The notes beneath the pieces are model-generated. The model worked only from the letters and a program-made list of their open reading frames with translations, did not search any database and was not told the origin of the DNA. A stretch of DNA of 64,000 nucleotides, taken from positions 27,076 through 91,075 of the forward strand of contig CAWJBZ010000004.1 in the NCBI GenBank assembly GCA_963841325.1, read 5' to 3'. The first letter of the stretch is position 1. The number at the start of each line of letters is the position of its first letter. Origin of the DNA: an uncultured Candidatus Saccharibacteria bacterium. GTDB lineage: Bacteria; Patescibacteriota; Saccharimonadia; Saccharimonadales; UBA4665. Positions 59,295-64,000 of this stretch are shown piece by piece. A program made the position numbers and the translations under genes.

Positions 59295-59720
59295 TTAGGT
59301 ACTTTTAGTAACTTGGTTAATAACAAAGTGAACGATCAGCTGTGCTAGAACGACAATAATTATACCGACGATTGCATATAGTAAAGAAGCTCTTGCTTTG
59401 GATACGCTCTGTGGATTACCACCAGAGGTTATAAACTGTAGGCCAGCAATAATGATCATAATAACCGCAACTACTCCCACAATTATCGAGAAAATATTAA
59501 TGATTGTGGTTAGGGTGGTATTTAATTGACCACCGTTATCGTTGCAAGAATTACCAGTTACTAAGTTAACCCCCTGGCAAGCTTCGGTGGCAGCAGGACT
59601 CATAGCCATATAGTACGGCATTGGCCTAATTGATGATGCTCCAGCGCTGCCTACGAGTATTATGCTTGCTAAACCCGCTAGAACCAGACTAGTATTCAAT
59701 AATTTTGTTATTAACTTCAT
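59295..59720 (-). CDS. VirB2/TrbC-like (T4SS pilin-like) protein, paralogue 2
   Basis: 141 aa. Signal peptide, Cys pair CQGVNLVTGNSC, and the same hairpin (IAGLQFITSGGNPQSVSKARASLLYAIVGIIIVVLAQLIVHFV). Confidence 0.65.
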   Translation of the reverse strand: MKLITKLLNTSLVLAGLASIILVGSAGASSIRPMPYYMAMSPAATEACQGVNLVTGNSCNDNGGQLNTTLTTIINIFSIIVGVVAVIMIIIAGLQFITSGGNPQSVSKARASLLYAIVGIIIVVLAQLIVHFVINQVTKST

Positions 59721-59739
59721 GAATATTCTTATGACTAAA

Positions 59740-60135
59740 TCATACCTTACTTAGTACAAACCCAATAATACTCTCGGCCAAAACAATGATGACAATGCCG
59801 ACGATAGCACCGATTAGTGCACCTCTTGCACCTTGAGCTTTAGCTGGATCACCACCAGACGTAATGAAGCGTAAGCCTGAAACTATAATAACTATAACTG
59901 CAGCGATGCCTGCTATTGTTGCTATGATAAACGATATTTTAAGCAACAAGCCGTTAGGGCCAATTAAAGGGTTACTAGATGGATTGCTACCTGACACCCT
60001 TTCCTGGCACACTGTGCTATTGCTCCCACTGCCACTGCATACGTTATTAAATAAAACGTCAGCTGAAGCTATGGTTGGCATCAATCCAATGGCGAATACT
60101 AATACTATTATTAGAACTTTTGATTTACTGATCAT
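59740..60135 (-). CDS. VirB2/TrbC-like (T4SS pilin-like) protein, paralogue 3
   Basis: 131 aa. Signal peptide, Cys pair CSGSGSNSTVC, and hairpin VSGLRFITSGGDPAKAQGARGALIGAIVGIVIIVLAESII. Confidence 0.65.
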   Translation of the reverse strand: MISKSKVLIIVLVFAIGLMPTIASADVLFNNVCSGSGSNSTVCQERVSGSNPSSNPLIGPNGLLLKISFIIATIAGIAAVIVIIVSGLRFITSGGDPAKAQGARGALIGAIVGIVIIVLAESIIGFVLSKV

Positions 60136-60806
60136 AAAAACCTACCTAACACTAGTGACACAATCGATTCTGCCACAATCGCAACAATCAATCCTACTAA
60201 TGCATAAATGACTGTGCTTCTTGCTGCTGCAGCGGCTTGTGGATCTCCGCTAGAGAAGACATAGCGAAGTCCACCAATAACAACGAACATTAGTGCTAGC
60301 GCTCCAATTATGCCAAAGGCATCCTGGAGAATAGTACCGACAATAGCCCCATTTACAGTATTTGTAGAATAAGGTAGGGAATTAAGATTAAGAGTCGCGT
60401 TATTAGAAGCAGATATATTACCACTACCATTACCAGCACCTATACGATTGCCCAAATAAGATATGGTGGGGATGGCAATAATTGCAACAGCTAAACCAAC
60501 AAGAGCATATATTATGGTTGACTGAGCCTGGGCTGTTGCGTTTGGTGAGCCTTGGCTCGTTATATATCTAATACCACCGTATATCACGAAAATAACCGCC
60601 ACTAGACCCGCTATCATCAACAAGTCATCAATAATTGCCAGCAGAACAAGTAATGCATCGTTGGGACCGTTTAGTACAACATTGCAAGCCCCGGAGTTAT
60701 CGGGCTGAACGTTCAAATACGCATACCAAGGCTTCAGACCTAAAAAGCTCCATTGTTGGCAACTTGTAGTCGTTGTAGCTGCGAAAATTTTCAATAAGCT
60801 AACCAT
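60132..60806 (-). CDS. Tandem double VirB2/TrbC-like pilin-domain protein, paralogue 4
   Basis: 224 aa with two complete hairpins: YGGIRYITSQGSPNATAQAQSTIIYALVGLAVAIIAI and IGGLRYVFSSGDPQAAAAARSTVIYALVGLIVAIVAESIV. The 4-nt ATGA overlap (60132-60135) joins its stop to the start of paralogue 3. Confidence 0.65.
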   Translation of the reverse strand: MVSLLKIFAATTTTSCQQWSFLGLKPWYAYLNVQPDNSGACNVVLNGPNDALLVLLAIIDDLLMIAGLVAVIFVIYGGIRYITSQGSPNATAQAQSTIIYALVGLAVAIIAIPTISYLGNRIGAGNGSGNISASNNATLNLNSLPYSTNTVNGAIVGTILQDAFGIIGALALMFVVIGGLRYVFSSGDPQAAAAARSTVIYALVGLIVAIVAESIVSLVLGRFL

Positions 60807-61272
60807 GCAAGAAACCTCCTGGCATTAGGAACTGCAAAAATGCATATAACAGTATATACGCAAGTAACCCAAGCAGTGCATTGGTGATGTGCCTTCTCCC
60901 AGAAGCAAGCCTCTGCGGGTCTCCGCTAGATGAGCTGTATTCTATCCCGCCAATTATCACGGCAACTACAACTACCAACCCGACTGCACCAGATAAAACA
61001 TTTATGAATGGATTAATATATTTAGCAAATAAACATGCCATAGGGGTGCTTTGACTGCCATTAGGACAACATGTGATTTGACCACCCGTACTACTTCCAG
61101 ACTGCACAGCAACTTCTCCTGATGGACAAGTACTAGTATCGGCCATGTAATTCAGGGGAGCAGCAAAAACGCTTGGTCCCATAGAAGCTGTTAGGATAGT
61201 AAAAATTCCCAAAAACAATACATGCCCAAATATTCTCTGTTTGTATTTCATAATATGCATCATAAAGGTCAT
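60799..61272 (-). CDS. VirB2/TrbC-like (T4SS pilin-like) protein, divergent paralogue 5
   Basis: 157 aa. Signal peptide, 4 Cys, and hairpin IGGIEYSSSSGDPQRLASGRRHITNALLGLLAYILLYAF. Overlaps paralogue 4 by 8 nt. Start ambiguous (several Met between 61251 and 61272). Confidence 0.55.
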   Translation of the reverse strand: MTFMMHIMKYKQRIFGHVLFLGIFTILTASMGPSVFAAPLNYMADTSTCPSGEVAVQSGSSTGGQITCCPNGSQSTPMACLFAKYINPFINVLSGAVGLVVVVAVIIGGIEYSSSSGDPQRLASGRRHITNALLGLLAYILLYAFLQFLMPGGFLHG

Positions 61273-61431
61273 GCTTCTTTTCCTAGACTATATCGTTTAT
61301 CTGTTTATCAATCAAGAGTAAGCGTAAGTTGCAATGCATCAATGTTGGCAAAGTATCACATCTATGTTAGCGTTAACTTAGGTTCGTCTTGCGACGAAAG
61401 TATCTTTGATAAATTGGAGGGATTACTACCA

Positions 61432-62190
61432 ATGGACGTCAAGCCTGACAGGCCCCCCGACGGGAATACTGGTCAGATGCCGGTCTGGCCAATATGGATT
61501 TTCGGTTTGGTTTTGGTGTTCCCGGGGTGGTTAGCTTCTTTTTACCTGCAGCTAAAAGCTCAGCAGGACAAGCAACCGTCCGGCTATATTCGCCAGAACT
61601 ACCGGAAAATGCGGAATATCTACACCCCGGTCTGGGCCGTGCTTTTATTGGCAGGAGCAATTCTTGTAACTCAGTCCGCCACCAATAATTCCACCCCCAA
61701 CAGTAGTGTCATCCCGTCAAGTTATTCAACCCCTGCATATACTGTGCCGCCAACTGTTGCCGCAACAGCAACAAGCACACCAAGTATCATGCAGCAGGAA
61801 CAAGCGCTCTGCGAGCAACAATATGGCGGTACGTTTAACACACCGGTAGATTATGATGGCGCTACAGCTACCTGTGTAGCCACACTTGACGGAGGTGGCG
61901 TGACGGCTACGTTCAATACAGCTGGGGTCTTTGCTGACCCGTGTGCTGATTTCGCCTGGACTACAAAGTACGATGTACCGTGGTCTACGGGTTGTGGTGC
62001 ACCACCTGAATCAGCTAATCTGGCACAGACAGACTGCAACAACATGACGTACTTCCCCACTCCAGCTGAATCTAGCGCTGAAGGGTTCGACGTTAACTAT
62101 TATCCGTTCACTAGCAATCCTTCTACGCCACACTTCAACTGGTACCCGCTACTGGACGTCTGCACCGCTAGTCTCAACAGCGGTTCCTAG
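61432..62190 (+). CDS. Two-TM anchored protein with Cys-rich extracytoplasmic domain (hypothetical)
   Basis: Start placed at the ATG at 61432, preceded by GGAGG (61416-61420). TM helices WPIWIFGLVLVFPGWLASFYL and VWAVLLLAGAILV, then a T/P-rich linker and a 6-Cys domain. Visibly GC-richer than neighbouring genes. Confidence 0.6.
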   Translation: MDVKPDRPPDGNTGQMPVWPIWIFGLVLVFPGWLASFYLQLKAQQDKQPSGYIRQNYRKMRNIYTPVWAVLLLAGAILVTQSATNNSTPNSSVIPSSYSTPAYTVPPTVAATATSTPSIMQQEQALCEQQYGGTFNTPVDYDGATATCVATLDGGGVTATFNTAGVFADPCADFAWTTKYDVPWSTGCGAPPESANLAQTDCNNMTYFPTPAESSAEGFDVNYYPFTSNPSTPHFNWYPLLDVCTASLNSGS

Positions 62191-62472
62191 CAAAGAGATG
62201 TTCACTAGCACTAGTGAGCAGGATAATCGCAAACGACCTCGCCCTTCCAGGGTAGTGGCTTGCATTTCCCCACCGGGAAATACAACCACACCCTGGAGGG
62301 CAATTGACTCTTAAACTGAATTTGCAATAACTTATCTACAATTTATTCTCTAACCTCATAATCGATTAATAACAGATTACGGTTTGAGCTATTAGGTTTT
62401 GCCCATTAGCCTGGGCTAAGCTAGTTTTTTTAGCTAGTATTAGGTATAGTGTGGTTTATATAAACAAAACGT

Positions 62473-64000
62473 TATGCACACAAAAAATCTTCCTAAAATT
62501 TTGGGCGTTATTTTAGCGCTCCTTGCCTTTTTGGTGGCTTTAGGATTACCAATCGTTGATGGTACTCAAGTCTTTGCTTCACTGCCCCCTACTAATAGTG
62601 GTCCTCCAGTCGCTCAGTGGACAGACTATTGCGATATTACTTTAGGCAGTATTGCTTTTAATGGTGACCCAAAGGGTAATATAGACGGCACCCCGTGTAA
62701 TTTTACGACCAAAACATATAGCGGTACCACCTATGCAATGCTCTATGATACGCCTTTAGACTCAACCAGTTGCGCTGATGCTTTGATGTTCACGTCTACG
62801 GGCAGTGCAGATGCAACGATCACGGCCGCCTCTACTGCACAATTCGCACCTGGTTCCGGCTACCCTTCATGTACCTACAACTATAATGATCCGAATGGAT
62901 TTACGGTAGATATTACAGGCAATCGCCTACAGGCAACATGGACCAGCTATTCGCCGGCTGAAATTACCTATCTTGGGACTGTCTATGGTAATTTAAGCAG
63001 TAATTATAGTGGTGATACTGTCACCCTGGAAGAGAACACCCAAACCCTTTTCAATTGTCTCGATTTCATACAAGTATCCGGCAACAGTAGTACTTCTTAT
63101 GAAAATATTAAGACAGCAAATTTAATTATCAATCAATGCACTGGTTATGGTAATACACCATCTACTTATAAAACAGTTGCTATTACATTGACAAATTCTT
63201 ATGCTTCTGCTCCTGGTGCTCCTGGTGCTCCTGGAGGTGGCAGTGGCAGTACGACTGTCAATTATAACTGCCCCATCACTAACCCTGCAGCCGGGTGGGC
63301 TCTGTGCCCTATATTTGACGTCGGTGTTGATGCTGCTAATGCACTAAGTACACAGATCAGCAACTTTTTGTATATACCTACAGCTGGCATTTTTACTGGT
63401 AATAACAATTTACAAACAGCATTCGATAATTTCCGTGACATTGGACTAGCAATAATGGTCATAGCCGGTTTAATAATGGTGGTTAGTCAAGCCGCCGGAC
63501 TGGAAATATTTGCAGCCTATACAGTACGCAAGGCCTTACCACGACTTGTAATAGCTATCATCGGTATCTCATTGGCTTGGTCGTTGTTAGAGTTTGTGGT
63601 TACATTTTTTGATGACATCGGTATATGGGCTAATAATCTTGTTATGATGTCTGTAAATGCCACAAGCGCCGGTGTTACATTTAACCCTGCCCAAGCGCTT
63701 GGATCTTTGGTGGATGGAGTAGCGCTTGGTGGTGTTGCAGTTGTGGCACTGGGGGCAATAGGAGCTTTTAGTTTACTTCTGACAGCACTTCTAGCTCTGT
63801 TTGTAGGATTCCTTATTCTTTCCTTACGATGGTTGGTGGTGGTCGTTTGTATTTTAACCGCACCTCTAGCTATCGCCGCTTATGTTCTGCCCGGAACAAC
63901 CAAATTATGGACTTTTTGGAAGGATTCCTTACTTGGAGCTCTAATAATGTATCCATTAATCATGGCTTTTCTAGCTGCCGGTTTGGCGGCATCCTATATT
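62473..64000 (+). CDS. Large VirB6/TrbL-like polytopic membrane protein with ~300-aa Cys-containing N-terminal ectodomain (3' end beyond window)
   Basis: I translated frame 1 from the ATG at 62473 to the window end with no stop (509 codons); it is absent from the track only because it has no stop. Signal/anchor, 8-Cys domain, APGAPGAPGGGSGS linker, then at least 6 TM helices. Confidence 0.5.

Noticed and set aside
61222-61431. Upstream 70 codons of ORF 61222-62190.
   Set aside because: The segment overlaps the start of pilin paralogue 5 on the other strand and has no SD, and its translation is non-protein-like. The ATG at 61432 has a GGAGG at suitable spacing and is followed by a TM helix.
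61439-62060. ORFs 61439-61660 (minus), 61494-61688 (plus) and 61851-62060 (minus).
   Set aside because: These are shadow ORFs inside the GC-richer gene 61432-62190. Their Arg/Pro/Ala-rich translations are typical of off-frame reading of GC-rich DNA.

Overview
Dense, mostly housekeeping chromosomal segment of about 70 genes from a small-genome monoderm-type bacterium. My inference is Patescibacteria/CPR, Saccharibacteria-like: short intergenic gaps, low-complexity tails on core proteins, an LPXTG-like protein, murE but no outer-membrane genes, and standard code with UGA used as a stop. Recognisable core genes, in order: ychF, tlyA, efp, rpsF-ssb-rpsR, ftsK, RNase J, udg, rpsO-pnp, truB, rpsT, holA, mutM, polA, a P-type ATPase, dnaG-rpoD, orn, msrB, mscL, argS, a PGI/PMI-type isomerase, groES-groEL with a CIRCE operator, murE, tsaD, valS. 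There are four tRNA genes, all with encoded CCA: Ser-CGA, Arg-GCG, Ser-TGA, Ser-GCT. They bracket a looser accessory stretch (about 49.5-56.4 kb) holding an orphan ORF flanked by a repeated 11-mer, a Fic protein, a stand-alone NADAR protein, small membrane proteins and two paralogous Arg-rich micro-ORFs. The most interesting region runs from 58.7 kb to the window end. Five tandem minus-strand genes encode six copies of a VirB2/TrbC-like (T4SS pilin-like) two-helix domain, one gene being a fused double pilin. Next come a divergent GC-richer Cys-rich anchored protein and a large, 3'-truncated VirB6/TrbL-like polytopic protein. This looks like one edge of a type IV secretion-like surface apparatus; its ATPases, if present, lie beyond the window. 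Two genes (valS and a small membrane protein) carry apparent single-base frameshifts. No CRISPR array, rRNA, transposase or integrase was seen. All calls rest on reading motifs in the supplied translations and sequence; no database search was run.
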